Source: an uncultured Gemmatimonadales bacterium
GTDB lineage: Bacteria > Gemmatimonadota > Gemmatimonadetes > Longimicrobiales > Longimicrobiaceae
Assembly (NCBI GenBank): GCA_963716255.1
Contig: OY970303.1
Span: 1,408,001-1,472,000, forward strand
Length of the DNA stretch: 64,000 nt
Direction: 5' to 3'
Part shown: piece after piece, positions 1 to 8,729 of the stretch
How positions within the stretch are numbered: the first letter of the stretch is position 1
How the letters are laid out: every line of letters begins with the position of its first letter
Program-made: the position numbers and the translations under genes
Notes under the pieces: model-generated
Databases searched by the model: none
Told to the model about the DNA's origin: nothing
What the model saw: the letters and a program-made list of their open reading frames with translations, nothing else

Positions 1-450
1 GTGGGCCGCACGGCCCGCAAGGACGCCACCGGCGACGCCTACACCTTCGTCTCGCCGGACGAGGAGCGCGACCTCAAGGCCATCGAGCGCGCGGTGGGCA
101 AGCCCATCCCGCGCCGGGTGGTGGAGGGCTTCGACTACCGGAACAAGCCCGTGGAGCGCTTCGAGGTGCCCATCCAGGAGCGCATCGCCGAGATCCGCGC
201 CCGCAAGGCCGAGGAGCGCGCCCGCGCCAAGGCCAAGGCCGATCGCAAGGCGCAGCGGGAGGCCGAGGAGGCCACCCGCGTCGCCCGCGGCGGACGCCCC
301 TCCGGGAGCGACGGGCCCCGCCGGCCGCAGCCGCAGGGCCAGTCGCAGCAGTCCCAGTCCTCCTCCTCGTCGCAGGGCGAGGGCGGCGGACGGCGCCGGA
401 GCCGCGGCGGCCGTGGCCGCGCGGGTGCCGGCAGCGGCGGTCCGCGCTGA
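1..450 (+). CDS. DEAD/DEAH-box RNA helicase, C-terminal part (5' truncated by window)
   Basis: GRTAR (end of motif VI), then GDAYTFVS..E..DLKAIER, then a basic R/G-rich tail typical of RhlE-like helicases. Confidence 0.85.
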   Translation: MGRTARKDATGDAYTFVSPDEERDLKAIERAVGKPIPRRVVEGFDYRNKPVERFEVPIQERIAEIRARKAEERARAKAKADRKAQREAEEATRVARGGRPSGSDGPRRPQPQGQSQQSQSSSSSQGEGGGRRRSRGGRGRAGAGSGGPR

Positions 451-473
451 CCCGGCGGTACGCGCCTGAAGTG

Positions 474-512
474 AACGGGGGGAGGGGCCGATGCGGCTCC
501 TCCCCCCGTTTC
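474..512. terminator. Hairpin between convergent genes, probable bidirectional terminator
   Basis: AACGGGGGGAGGGGCCG-ATG-CGGCTCCTCCCCCCGTTT inverted repeat right after the helicase stop. Confidence 0.65.
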
Positions 513-535
513 ATTCCGCGGCGCGTCCGCTCGGC

Positions 536-1282
536 TCACCCCGGCCGGGCAGGGAGCGCCAGCCCCGCGGCCACCAGCGCCTCCATGTCCTCCCCCGCGG
601 GCGCATCCTCTCCGGCTCCCTCCAGCGCGCGCAGCATGCGGCCCAGCCGCGGCGGGACGGTGGACGCCGTCCGCTCCGGGCCCCGCGCGTCCAGCAGCAG
701 GTAGAACTCCCCCTCCTCCAGCGCGTAGGGCGGCGCCTCGCGGGCGGCGAGGAGGCGAAGCAGCGCGGCGGGCTCGTGGCGGAAGGCGACCACGCGGACG
801 CGGGGGTGCGCCCGCGCCGGCCCGTCGCCCGGCGCGGACCCGGCGCCGGGAGGCGGGAGGATCCCCAGCGTGAAGCCGGCGAGCTCGTACTCCAGCACCG
901 GACCGAGCAGCGGGTCCTCCAGCTCGCCGGAGGCGAGCCGCCCCCGCAGCAGCTCCGCGAAGCCGTGGAGCTCGTGCTCGGCCAGGTCCCCCGGCCGGTC
1001 GTGCGCCGCCCAGAAGCGGTCCAGCTCGCCGCGCAGCCGCGGGCCCAGCAGGAAGCAGGTGAGCGGGAGGAAGATGAGGAGGGGGGCGAGGCGGTTGGCG
1101 CGGTACAGGGAGCAGCTGGTCGCCATCCCCCGCTGCTGGACGACGGCGGCGAGCCTGCGCTCCTCCAGCGGCGTCAGCGCGTAGAGGCCGAAAACCGCGG
1201 ACGGGTCCGCGCGCGCGGCGCGGCACAGCTCCGGCGTGGCGACCAGGTCGGCCAGCGCCCGCTGGAACTCCTTCAGCGACAC
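536..1282 (-). CDS. MNIO partner protein (DUF2063/RRE-like substrate-recognition protein)
   Basis: 248 aa, 7 nt downstream of the DUF692 gene; LKEFQRALADL...YRANRLAPL..LP.T..LLG..F pattern resembles DUF692 partner proteins. Confidence 0.65.
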   Translation of the reverse strand: MSLKEFQRALADLVATPELCRAARADPSAVFGLYALTPLEERRLAAVVQQRGMATSCSLYRANRLAPLLIFLPLTCFLLGPRLRGELDRFWAAHDRPGDLAEHELHGFAELLRGRLASGELEDPLLGPVLEYELAGFTLGILPPPGAGSAPGDGPARAHPRVRVVAFRHEPAALLRLLAAREAPPYALEEGEFYLLLDARGPERTASTVPPRLGRMLRALEGAGEDAPAGEDMEALVAAGLALPARPG

Positions 1283-1289
1283 GCGCCGC

Positions 1290-2213
1290 TCAGCGCGCGC
1301 GGTCCCAGGCGGCGCGGGCGCGGCGCACCTGCTCGCACACTCCCTCCACCCCCAGCCGCGGAAAGTACGTTTCCTCGAACTCGAAGGTGATCCCGCACAG
1401 GTTGGGCGCGCCGGCCACCACGCGGTCCAGCAGCTCCCAGACCGGCTCCGGGCAGGGGCCGGCGTGCGAGTCGGTGTACATCCCCAGCATCTCGCTCCCC
1501 CCGGCGATGTGCACCTCCACCACCCGGTCCAGCTCCAGCGCGTCCACGAACGCCGCCGGGTCGAAGCCGTGGTTCACGGAGTTGACGTACACGTTGTGCA
1601 CGTCCAGGAGCAGCCCGCAGCCGGTCCGCTCCGCCAGGCGGTTCAGGAACTCCGGCTCGGTCATCTCCTGCTCCGGGAGGTCCACGTAATACACGTTGTT
1701 TTCCAGCAGGAAGGGGGTGGGGACCGTGCGCATCACCCGCTCCACCCGCTCCGCCACCATCTCCAGGACCTCCCGGTCGTAGGGGATGGGGCAGGCCATC
1801 CCCGTGGCCACCGAGTGCGCGTCCTCCCCCGCCACCCGCGCGAACGACAGGTGGTCGCTGTGCCAGGGGAAGCCGAAGCGCCGGTTCCAGCGCGCGAGCT
1901 GCTCCAGGTGCTCCGTGTCGAACCACTCCGCGCTCCCGATGGACATCCCCACGCTGTGGGAAACGAGCGGGCGCCGCTCCGCCACGTGCTCCAGCACCCT
2001 CATCCACGCCCCGATCTCCTCGAAGCGCGCGGGGTGGCCCGGGCCGCGGTCGGTCCAGAAGCGGTCGGGGATCACGGCGACGTAGTCCAGCAGCTCCAGG
2101 TCGGAGCGCAGGAAGCCGGCGAGCGAGGGGTTGTAGAGCACGCCCACCCCCAGCCGGGGGATCTCCGCCAGAGTCGCCGGGGAAGCAGGCGCCGTCGAGG
2201 AAAGCGTGGACAT
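1290..2213 (-). CDS. DUF692 family multinuclear non-heme iron oxidative enzyme (MNIO)
   Basis: Motifs HSVGMSIG, WHSDHLSF, LLENNVYY, LLLDVHNVYVNSVNHG, EVHIAGG, YTDSH, ITFEF; start placed at ATG 2213. Confidence 0.9.
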   Translation of the reverse strand: MSTLSSTAPASPATLAEIPRLGVGVLYNPSLAGFLRSDLELLDYVAVIPDRFWTDRGPGHPARFEEIGAWMRVLEHVAERRPLVSHSVGMSIGSAEWFDTEHLEQLARWNRRFGFPWHSDHLSFARVAGEDAHSVATGMACPIPYDREVLEMVAERVERVMRTVPTPFLLENNVYYVDLPEQEMTEPEFLNRLAERTGCGLLLDVHNVYVNSVNHGFDPAAFVDALELDRVVEVHIAGGSEMLGMYTDSHAGPCPEPVWELLDRVVAGAPNLCGITFEFEETYFPRLGVEGVCEQVRRARAAWDRAR

Positions 2214-2247
2214 GGCCGCGGCTCCGCGAGGGGGACGTGAAGGACGA

Positions 2248-2277
2248 GTGCCCGGGACGCCGCTGCGCCCCGGGCAC
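2248..2277 (-). other. Stem-loop between RiPP precursor and MNIO gene
   Basis: On the mRNA strand GTGCCCGGGGCGC-AGCG-GCGTCCCGGGCAC, a 13-bp stem with one G.U pair. Confidence 0.55.
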
Positions 2278-2296
2278 CGGTGTGGAAAGCGGGGAG

Positions 2297-2461
2297 CTAC
2301 AGCTCCACGTTCACCACGTCCGCCATGAGCACGGGCGGGATCTCGACGACCCCCGAGCGGCACGTGGGGCAGTTGGCCGGATCGATGGGGCTGATGCTCT
2401 TGTCCATCGGCTTCAAGCCGGTCAGCAGCTCGGACTGAACCTTCTGGTCGGTCGTGGGCAT
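2297..2461 (-). CDS. Putative RiPP precursor peptide, 54 aa (MPTTDQKVQSELLTGLKPMDKSISPIDPANCPTCRSGVVEIPPVLMADVVNVEL)
   Basis: Strong RBS (GAAAGGAAGG) before ATG 2461, GC3-rich codons, CxxC motif, directly upstream of the MNIO gene on the same strand. Confidence 0.75.
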   Translation of the reverse strand: MPTTDQKVQSELLTGLKPMDKSISPIDPANCPTCRSGVVEIPPVLMADVVNVEL

Positions 2462-2512
2462 CGTCGCCTTCCTTTCTCGGGGGTTGACCCTGGCGCACAA
2501 GCGCGCCAACCA

Positions 2513-2541
2513 CTCTAACACACCCGCTTACAATAAGCCAG
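2513..2541 (-). promoter_or_regulatory. Candidate sigma70-type promoter of the RiPP operon with an overlapping palindrome
   Basis: Minus strand TGGCTT-N17-TAGAGT with an extended TG; GCTTA-CAA-TAAGC palindrome at about 2526-2538. Confidence 0.35.
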
Positions 2542-2610
2542 GGATTCCGCGATCCGGCGCAGCGCCACGGGAACGCGCCCCCTCGACACGCCCCACCTCG
2601 TGGAGCTAGA

Positions 2611-3396
2611 ATGACGCGGATTTCTCCCGACGCTCCCGCGACGCTCCGCCCCCTCCTCCCCGCCGCTCCCATGCAGCAGACCGCTCCCGGCCACGGCGCG
2701 ACCGCCGCCCCGGCCGCGCACCGCCAGTACCGGTACTACGACCTGATCACCGCCGTGTTCGTGACGGTGCTCCTGTGCTCCAACCTGATCGGCCCGTCCA
2801 AGGTGGCCACGCTCTGGGGCTTCACCTTCGGGGCGGGGATCCTCTTCTTTCCCATCTCGTACCTGTTCGGCGACATCCTCACCGAGGTGTACGGCTACGC
2901 CCGCGCCCGGCGGGTGGTGTGGACCGGCTTCGGGGCGCTGGCCTTCGCGTCGCTGGTGACGGTGGTGGTGCTGGAGCTCCCCCCCGGCGGCGGGTGGACG
3001 GGGCAGGCCGCGCACGAAGCGGTCTTCCGGCAGACGCCGCGCATCGTGCTGGCGTCGCTGGCGGCGTTCTGGGCAGGGGAGTTCGCCAACTCGTTCGCGC
3101 TCGCCAAGCTCAAGCTGCTCACCGAGGGGCGGCACCTGTGGATGCGCACCATCGGCTCCACCATCGTGGGGGCCGGGGTGGACTCGGCCATCTTCTACCC
3201 GGTGGCGTTCCTGGGCCAGTGGGAGACGCGCACGGTGTTCGTGGTGCTGGTCACCAACTACGTGCTCAAGGTGCTCTGGGAGGTCATCGCCACGCCGTTC
3301 ACGTACCGGATCGTGAATGCGCTCAAGCGGGCGGAGCGGGAAGACTACTTCGACCGCGACACGGACTTCACGCCGTTCTCCATCGCCACCGAGTAG
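2611..3396 (+). CDS. Queuosine precursor transporter (YhhQ/VUT family)
   Basis: LLCSNLIG.K, FPISYLFGDILTEVYGYARAR, WMRTIGST, DSAIF..VAF; true start may be ATG 2671. Confidence 0.9.
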   Translation: MTRISPDAPATLRPLLPAAPMQQTAPGHGATAAPAAHRQYRYYDLITAVFVTVLLCSNLIGPSKVATLWGFTFGAGILFFPISYLFGDILTEVYGYARARRVVWTGFGALAFASLVTVVVLELPPGGGWTGQAAHEAVFRQTPRIVLASLAAFWAGEFANSFALAKLKLLTEGRHLWMRTIGSTIVGAGVDSAIFYPVAFLGQWETRTVFVVLVTNYVLKVLWEVIATPFTYRIVNALKRAEREDYFDRDTDFTPFSIATE

Positions 3397-3422
3397 AGCG
3401 TTTCGACTGACGCTGTGCGTGT

Positions 3423-3588
3423 GGGGCCGCTCCGGAGCCCGGCGGTACGACTGCCGGTCTCCTGCGCGGGTCGCGGAGCCACCGGAAACTGCCCCGGCGT
3501 CTCCGCTCCGGCTCCGTGAGCCTCGCGCAAACAGCCGCGCGAGTCTCCCTCCGCAACGGATTTGGGGGATACGGCGGAACTGCGAACG
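3423..3588 (-). repeat. Structured intergenic repeat family B, copy 1 (three hairpin modules)
   Basis: Aligns with 6524-6689, 51958-52125 and 62162-62322. Confidence 0.85.
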
Positions 3589-3595
3589 ACAGGAA

Positions 3596-3650
3596 GCCCT
3601 CCCCCAGAATTGGGGGAGGGTGGCGGCTCTCAGGCCGCCGGGTGGGGGCC
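3596..3650. repeat. REP-like palindromic repeat, family C
   Basis: CCCTCCCCCA-GAAT-TGGGGGAGGG followed by GGCGGCTCTCAGGCCGCC; similar to about 9375-9428. Confidence 0.7.
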
Positions 3651-3733
3651 CTTGGACGGTGCCGGGAACATCCGGCACCGTTCTCGCATTTCAGGCTTCG
3701 AAGGCGGCGTGATGCCGTCTCCCCACGGTCCAG

Positions 3734-4447
3734 GTGGCCGACAGATCCAGGAGGATCGGCGTGCAGCGGAAGCGACGGACCGAACCGGCGAACAGGATCT
3801 TTTTCGCGCTCCTCGCGGGGGCGCTGTCGGCCTCGGCGGTGGGTGCGTGCTCCCGCGGCGACGCGGACCGGCGCCCGCCCCCGCCCCCGGCGGACACCGT
3901 GTCCGAGATCCCCGCGCAGGCCACCGGGCCCACCAGCCGCCCGGAAACCCTCCAGGACACGCTGTCGCTGGAGGGCACGGCGCAGCCGGTGACGCTGCGC
4001 CTGTACCGCACCCCGCCGGGGTTCCCGCTCCCTTTCAGCACCTATGTCCCTGCCGACCTGGTGCCGGAGTCCGGGACGTCGGGCGACGACCGGACGGTGC
4101 GCTTCGTCGCCGCCTTCGGCGGGCGGCGCACCGATTCGGCGTACGTGGCCGTGACCATCCACTCCGAGACCGTGACCGAGGAGGACGCGCGGCGGATGCT
4201 GGGCGCGGCCACGGGTGGGAGCAGCCCCTCCGCGCCCGACCAGCAGCGCTACCCGTGGGCGCTGGCGGAGTACTCCGCCAGCACGGGGTCGACGGTCGCG
4301 CGGGGGCTCCTGGGGCGGCACGAGGGGCAGTTCTTCCACGTGCTCATCCGCTACCCCGCGGAGTTCGGCGACGGCTTCGGGCCGCGCGCCGCGACGGTGC
4401 TGGAGCACTGGGAGTGGGAAGGCGCCGGCGGCGGCCTGGGGAGCTGA
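3734..4447 (+). CDS. Hypothetical lipoprotein
   Basis: Hydrophobic stretch ending AVGAC (lipobox-like), GC3-biased ORF; start uncertain. Confidence 0.65.
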   Translation: MADRSRRIGVQRKRRTEPANRIFFALLAGALSASAVGACSRGDADRRPPPPPADTVSEIPAQATGPTSRPETLQDTLSLEGTAQPVTLRLYRTPPGFPLPFSTYVPADLVPESGTSGDDRTVRFVAAFGGRRTDSAYVAVTIHSETVTEEDARRMLGAATGGSSPSAPDQQRYPWALAEYSASTGSTVARGLLGRHEGQFFHVLIRYPAEFGDGFGPRAATVLEHWEWEGAGGGLGS

Positions 4448-4552
4448 GCCGCCCGTCGCAGCGAAACGCGGAGCGGCCGCCTGTCGAACGACGGGCGGCC
4501 GCTTTACTATGCTCGCTGCGATTCGCTCCGGACCCGCGACCCGATCTCTCCG

Positions 4553-4921
4553 ATGACCTTTCGAGCCCTGCGCGAGTACCTGCTGTCCAAGCCCGGCGCC
4601 ACCGAGGACTTTCCCTTCGGGGAGGAGACGCTGGTGCTGCGGGTGATGGGAAAGATCTTCGCGCTCACCAACGTGGAGAAGCTGCCGCTGGCGGTGAACC
4701 TGAAGTGCGACCCGGACCTCGCCGTGGAGCTGCGCGACCGCTGGCCCGCGGTGCAGCCCGGCTACCACATGAACAAGGCGCACTGGAACACGGTGGAGCT
4801 GGACGGCAGCATCCCCGTGGACAAGGTGCGGGAGATGATCGACCACTCCTACGAGCGGGTGGTGGCGGGGCTGAAGAAGAGCGAGCGCCAGCGGCTGGAG
4901 GAGCTCACCCGGGCGGGGTGA
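4553..4921 (+). CDS. MmcQ/YjbR family protein
   Basis: EDFPFG...V.RVMGKIFA, NLKCDP, PGYHMNK.HWNTV. Confidence 0.9.
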   Translation: MTFRALREYLLSKPGATEDFPFGEETLVLRVMGKIFALTNVEKLPLAVNLKCDPDLAVELRDRWPAVQPGYHMNKAHWNTVELDGSIPVDKVREMIDHSYERVVAGLKKSERQRLEELTRAG

Positions 4922-5513
4922 AGGCGCCCCACACCGCGGCGCTCGCGAGCCACGCTGCCGCGCCCCCTCCCAGCGTCACGCGCAGGTTGTCGTCCAGCGG
5001 GAGCGGCGCCATCTCCAGCGCCGCCCCCGCGAGGGCGCCGGCGAGCGCGCCGGCGAGCGGGAGCCGCGGGTCCACCCACCCCACCGCCAGCCCCACGGCC
5101 AGGTTGGTCGCCAGCGCCGCGGCGAATCCCTCCCAGCTCTTCCCCCACGCCGTGCGGTGCCTGCCCCAGCGCTTTCCCACCAGCGCCGCGGCGGCGTCGC
5201 CCAGGCCGTTGTAGAGCATGGCGGCCACGGCGATGGGCTTGGGGAAGAGGAGGAGCGCCAGCGCGTACGCCACGGCCATGTAGGTGGCCCCCGCCAGCCC
5301 GCGCCTCTCGTGCGGGCGGAGCATGGTGCGGGTGAGGCGCAGGAAGTGGTAGCGCGGCCAGCGCATGCGCAGGCGCGCCACGTCGGTCGCCAGCGCCACG
5401 GCCGCCACCGGGACGAGCACCGCCACCGCCAGGGGGCGCGGCGCCAGCCACACCAGGAGGGGGAGGACGGTGGAGGCGACGTGGAACGCCTTGCGCGACA
5501 GCTCTCTCTTCAT
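4905..5513 (-). CDS. Dolichol/phytol kinase-like membrane protein (CTP_transf_1 clan)
   Basis: RELSRKAFH, GDAAAALVG..WG, KSWEG, LDDNL motifs. Confidence 0.8.
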   Translation of the reverse strand: MKRELSRKAFHVASTVLPLLVWLAPRPLAVAVLVPVAAVALATDVARLRMRWPRYHFLRLTRTMLRPHERRGLAGATYMAVAYALALLLFPKPIAVAAMLYNGLGDAAAALVGKRWGRHRTAWGKSWEGFAAALATNLAVGLAVGWVDPRLPLAGALAGALAGAALEMAPLPLDDNLRVTLGGGAAAWLASAAVWGAFTPPG

Positions 5514-5569
5514 CCTCCGGGGCGCCGGCGGGCGTGAACGGGACGCGGGCTCGCCGGCAAGCTACACCC

Positions 5570-6451
5570 TCACCCCTCGCGGAGAAAGCCGGCGACCAGG
5601 CCGGCGACACGCTCCGGCTCGTCGGCGGCGACCCAGTGGCTCGCCCCCGGGATGCGCTCCACGCGGATCGCGGGGACCCATTTCTCCAGCCCCTCGGTCA
5701 GGCGGACCACCAGGTGGGGGTCCTTTTCGCCCCACACCAGCAGCGTGGGCGCGGCGATGGGCCGCACCGCCGGCTTTTGGCGCCGGGCGAAGGCGCGGTA
5801 GTAGTTGAGCGCGGCGGTGAGCGCCCCCGGCCGCGCCAGCGCTTCCTTGTAGCGCTCCACGTCCTCGCCGGTGAACGCGCCGGGGCGCGCCGGCTCGGTG
5901 CGGAAGACCCGCTCCAGCAGGGCGAAGCCGCCCGCGCGCAGCGCCGCCTCGGGGAGGGCGGGGAGCTGGAAGAAGGCGGCGTACGCCGAGCGCAGCATCT
6001 GGTCCGGCCTCCTGATCTCCCGCGCGAAGGCGGCCGGGTGCGGCGCGTTGAGCACCACCAGCCGGTCCAGCCGCTCCGGCCGCAGCATGGCGAAGTACCA
6101 CGCCACCACCCCGCCCCAGTCGTGCCCCACCACGTGCGCCCGCTCCGCCCCCAGGTGCCGCACCAGCCCCGCCACGTCCTCCACCAGCAGCTCCACCCGG
6201 TACCGGTCCACCCCCTGCGGCTTGTCCGACAGGTTGTAGCCGCGCATGTCCGCCGCGACCACCCGGAACCCCGCCGCCGCGAGCGCCGGGATCTGGCGCC
6301 GCCACCCGTACCAGAACTCGGGGAACCCGTGCAGCAGCACGACCAGCGGCCCCTCGCCCGCCTCCACGTAGTGCAGCCGCACCCCGCCGACGTCGGCGTC
6401 GTGGTGGGTCCAGGGCTCGGCGCGAGGAACGGCGGAGGAGGTGTCGGACAT
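5570..6451 (-). CDS. Alpha/beta hydrolase, epoxide hydrolase-like
   Basis: LLHGFPEFWY.W, GYNLSDKP, GHDWGG, NYYR, WGEKD, SHWV. Confidence 0.9.
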   Translation of the reverse strand: MSDTSSAVPRAEPWTHHDADVGGVRLHYVEAGEGPLVVLLHGFPEFWYGWRRQIPALAAAGFRVVAADMRGYNLSDKPQGVDRYRVELLVEDVAGLVRHLGAERAHVVGHDWGGVVAWYFAMLRPERLDRLVVLNAPHPAAFAREIRRPDQMLRSAYAAFFQLPALPEAALRAGGFALLERVFRTEPARPGAFTGEDVERYKEALARPGALTAALNYYRAFARRQKPAVRPIAAPTLLVWGEKDPHLVVRLTEGLEKWVPAIRVERIPGASHWVAADEPERVAGLVAGFLREG

Positions 6452-6523
6452 GGCCGGGGAGTGCGTGAGTGCGAGACGACACACAGGGTCTTGGTTCGGC
6501 ACGACGATGCCGACGCCGTGAGC

Positions 6524-6689
6524 CGTTGCCGTTCCGCGGTACCCCTCAAATCTTCTGCGGAGGGAAACTCACGCGGCCGTTTGCGTGAGGTTCCCGCAGC
6601 CGGAGCGGAGACAGCGGGGCAGTTTCCGCTGGCTCCGCGACCCGCGTAGGAAACAGGCCGGCCGTTTGGCCTGGTTCCGGAGCGGCCCC
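6524..6689 (+). repeat. Structured intergenic repeat family B, copy 2
   Basis: Three GA(G/A)A-stem-GGCNGTTT-stem-G(C/T)TC hairpins; nearly identical to 51958-52125. Confidence 0.9.
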
Positions 6690-6713
6690 GCCAACACACG
6701 CCGAACCAACGCC

Positions 6714-8006
6714 TCACTCCCCTGCCCTGACCTCCCCCGGGTCCGCAGACACCACGTCCTCGGGAGCACCCACCACGGCGTGCCTGAACGACTCCTCGCG
6801 CAATTCCGCCATGCGCGCCGTCGCCCGCACGTCGTAGGAGCGGTTGGTCAGCAGCACCGTCCAGGCGCGGCTCTCGGGCTCGATCCACAGCGACGTCCCG
6901 GTCCAGCCGTTGTGCCCCACGGCGAGCGGCCGGGCGCAGGGTTTCTCCTCGGAGTGCGGCTCGCGTGGGCAGAGGGCGACGAAGCCCAGCGTGCGGCGCC
7001 CGGCCCCGGGCTGCTGGCGAAGCATCTCGCGCACGGTCTCGGGGGCGAGGACGCGGACCCCGTCCAGCTCGCCGCCGCCGGCCAGCATGGCGGCGAAGCG
7101 CCCCAGGTCGTGCGCGGTGGAGAACAGCCCGGCGTTGCCGGTGACGCCGCCCAGGCGCCGGGCCAGCAGGTCGTTGGGACGGCCCCGGAAGGGCTCGCCG
7201 GTGCTCAGGCGCAGCGTGGGCGCGCAGGCAGTGCAGTCCTGGCCGGGGAGAAAGCCGGTGCGGGTCATTCCCAGCGGGCGCCAGACGCGGCGCTCCAGGA
7301 AGCGCGGCAGCGGCTCGCCGGCGGCCCGCTGCGCCGCCTCCCACAGGACGACGTAGCCCAGGTCGGTGTACTCCACCTGGCTTCCCGGCGCTTCGTCGAT
7401 GCGGGTGCGCAGGATGCGCCGCACGCGCTCGCGCGGGGCGTCGCCGCGGATGGCGGCGCCGGCGGGGAGGCCGGAGGTGTGGGTGAGCAGCTGCCGCCAG
7501 GTGACGCGGTCCTTGAACTGCCCCTCGAACTGGGGGAGGTGCCGGCGCACCGGGTCGTCCAGGCGGATGACGCCGTCCTGCGCCAGGAGCAGCACCGCCG
7601 TGGCCGTGGCGACCGGCTTGGTGACGGAGGCCAGGTCGTACCGCGTGCTGTCGGGGGACACCGGCGCGGCGGACTCCCGCCACCCCACCCTGCCCATCCC
7701 GGCCAGCCGCTCGGTCCGCGCCCCGATCCCCACCGCCAGCGCGGCCCCGGGAAAGGCGCGCCGCTCCAGCTCGGCGCGCACCCTGGCCTCGGCGGAGTCC
7801 AGCGCCGCGGGGGGGAGCCGCGGGGCGGGCGCCGCCGGCCCAGCGGCCGCGCGCGGCGCGGCGGGGACCCCGGGGCGGCCCGCGCCGCGCCCGGCCAGCA
7901 CCCCGAACGCGGCGGCGAACAGGAACGCGCCCAGCGTGGCGGCTGCGCCGGTCCGGAGCGCCGTGCTTCGCCCGGTGGGGGATGGGAGGCCAAGTCCTTT
8001 CTGCAT
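6714..8006 (-). CDS. Serine hydrolase, beta-lactamase (class C-like) family
   Basis: DLASVTK (SxxK), LLTHTSGL, YTD, GNAGLFST, GHNGWTG; N-terminal hydrophobic segment. Confidence 0.85.
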   Translation of the reverse strand: MQKGLGLPSPTGRSTALRTGAAATLGAFLFAAAFGVLAGRGAGRPGVPAAPRAAAGPAAPAPRLPPAALDSAEARVRAELERRAFPGAALAVGIGARTERLAGMGRVGWRESAAPVSPDSTRYDLASVTKPVATATAVLLLAQDGVIRLDDPVRRHLPQFEGQFKDRVTWRQLLTHTSGLPAGAAIRGDAPRERVRRILRTRIDEAPGSQVEYTDLGYVVLWEAAQRAAGEPLPRFLERRVWRPLGMTRTGFLPGQDCTACAPTLRLSTGEPFRGRPNDLLARRLGGVTGNAGLFSTAHDLGRFAAMLAGGGELDGVRVLAPETVREMLRQQPGAGRRTLGFVALCPREPHSEEKPCARPLAVGHNGWTGTSLWIEPESRAWTVLLTNRSYDVRATARMAELREESFRHAVVGAPEDVVSADPGEVRAGE

Positions 8007-8150
8007 AACGCACTGTACAGGCAACCCGCGGGCCAGCGGCGCGGGGGCGTGCGCGGCCTCTTGCGGTCCCGCGCGCCTCCGCCGATCTTTGGCGCCGCCC
8101 CGACGCCACATCGCCCGTCTTCCGCCCGTCCCGACGGCCTCCCACGGCCT

Positions 8151-8600
8151 GTGACCCACGCCCCTCCTGTGAGACGCCTCCGCCTGATCGTCCTGCTGGC
8201 CGCCCTGGCCGGCGTCGCCGCCTTCGTCGCGCCGCTGGACGGCGGCCGCCCGCTGCTGGACTTCCGCGCGGTCCGCGCGAAGCTGCACGGCGCCTCGGCC
8301 CGCGTCCCGGCGGGGACCGGCGAGACGGAGGGAGGCGCCTACAAGTGGCGGGACGAGGACGGCACCTGGCACTTCAGCAACGTCCGCCCCGAGGGCCGCC
8401 GCGGCGTGCGGAAGGTGAAGGACGCGGTCACCTGGGCCACCGGATCGGGCGCCGGGAGCGCCCCGGCCGCGGCCGGCGACGCCGACCCGGAGCGCCCCCG
8501 CGACGCCGCGGAGCTCCTTGCCGAGAGCAGGAGCCTGGAGGGAACGGCCCGCAAGCGGGAGACGGAGATGGAGAAGCTGATGCGCGAAGCGCAGGAGTAG
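8151..8600 (+). CDS. DUF4124 domain protein
   Basis: Signal-like N-terminus and YKWRDEDGTWHFSN motif. Confidence 0.75.
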   Translation: MTHAPPVRRLRLIVLLAALAGVAAFVAPLDGGRPLLDFRAVRAKLHGASARVPAGTGETEGGAYKWRDEDGTWHFSNVRPEGRRGVRKVKDAVTWATGSGAGSAPAAAGDADPERPRDAAELLAESRSLEGTARKRETEMEKLMREAQE

Positions 8601-8729
8601 GTTCCCGCTCCCGCCCCTCCCGCGTCCGAGCCCGCAAAGCCGACGGCGCCGCCCTCGTCCCGAGGCCGGCGCCGTTTCGTACTCTGACCTGCCGTGACGC
8701 TGCACGCTGCGCGTGCACCGGATGAGCCC

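Noticed and set aside
2495..2512. Sigma54 promoter for the RiPP operon (TGGCGCGCTTGTGC on the minus strand)
   Set aside because: GG-to-GC spacing is 9 nt rather than the required 10; it is better explained as a small inverted repeat.
2520..2670. preQ1 riboswitch upstream of the queuosine precursor transporter
   Set aside because: No recognisable preQ1 stem with A-rich tail; the short GC-rich region is shared with the divergent RiPP promoter.
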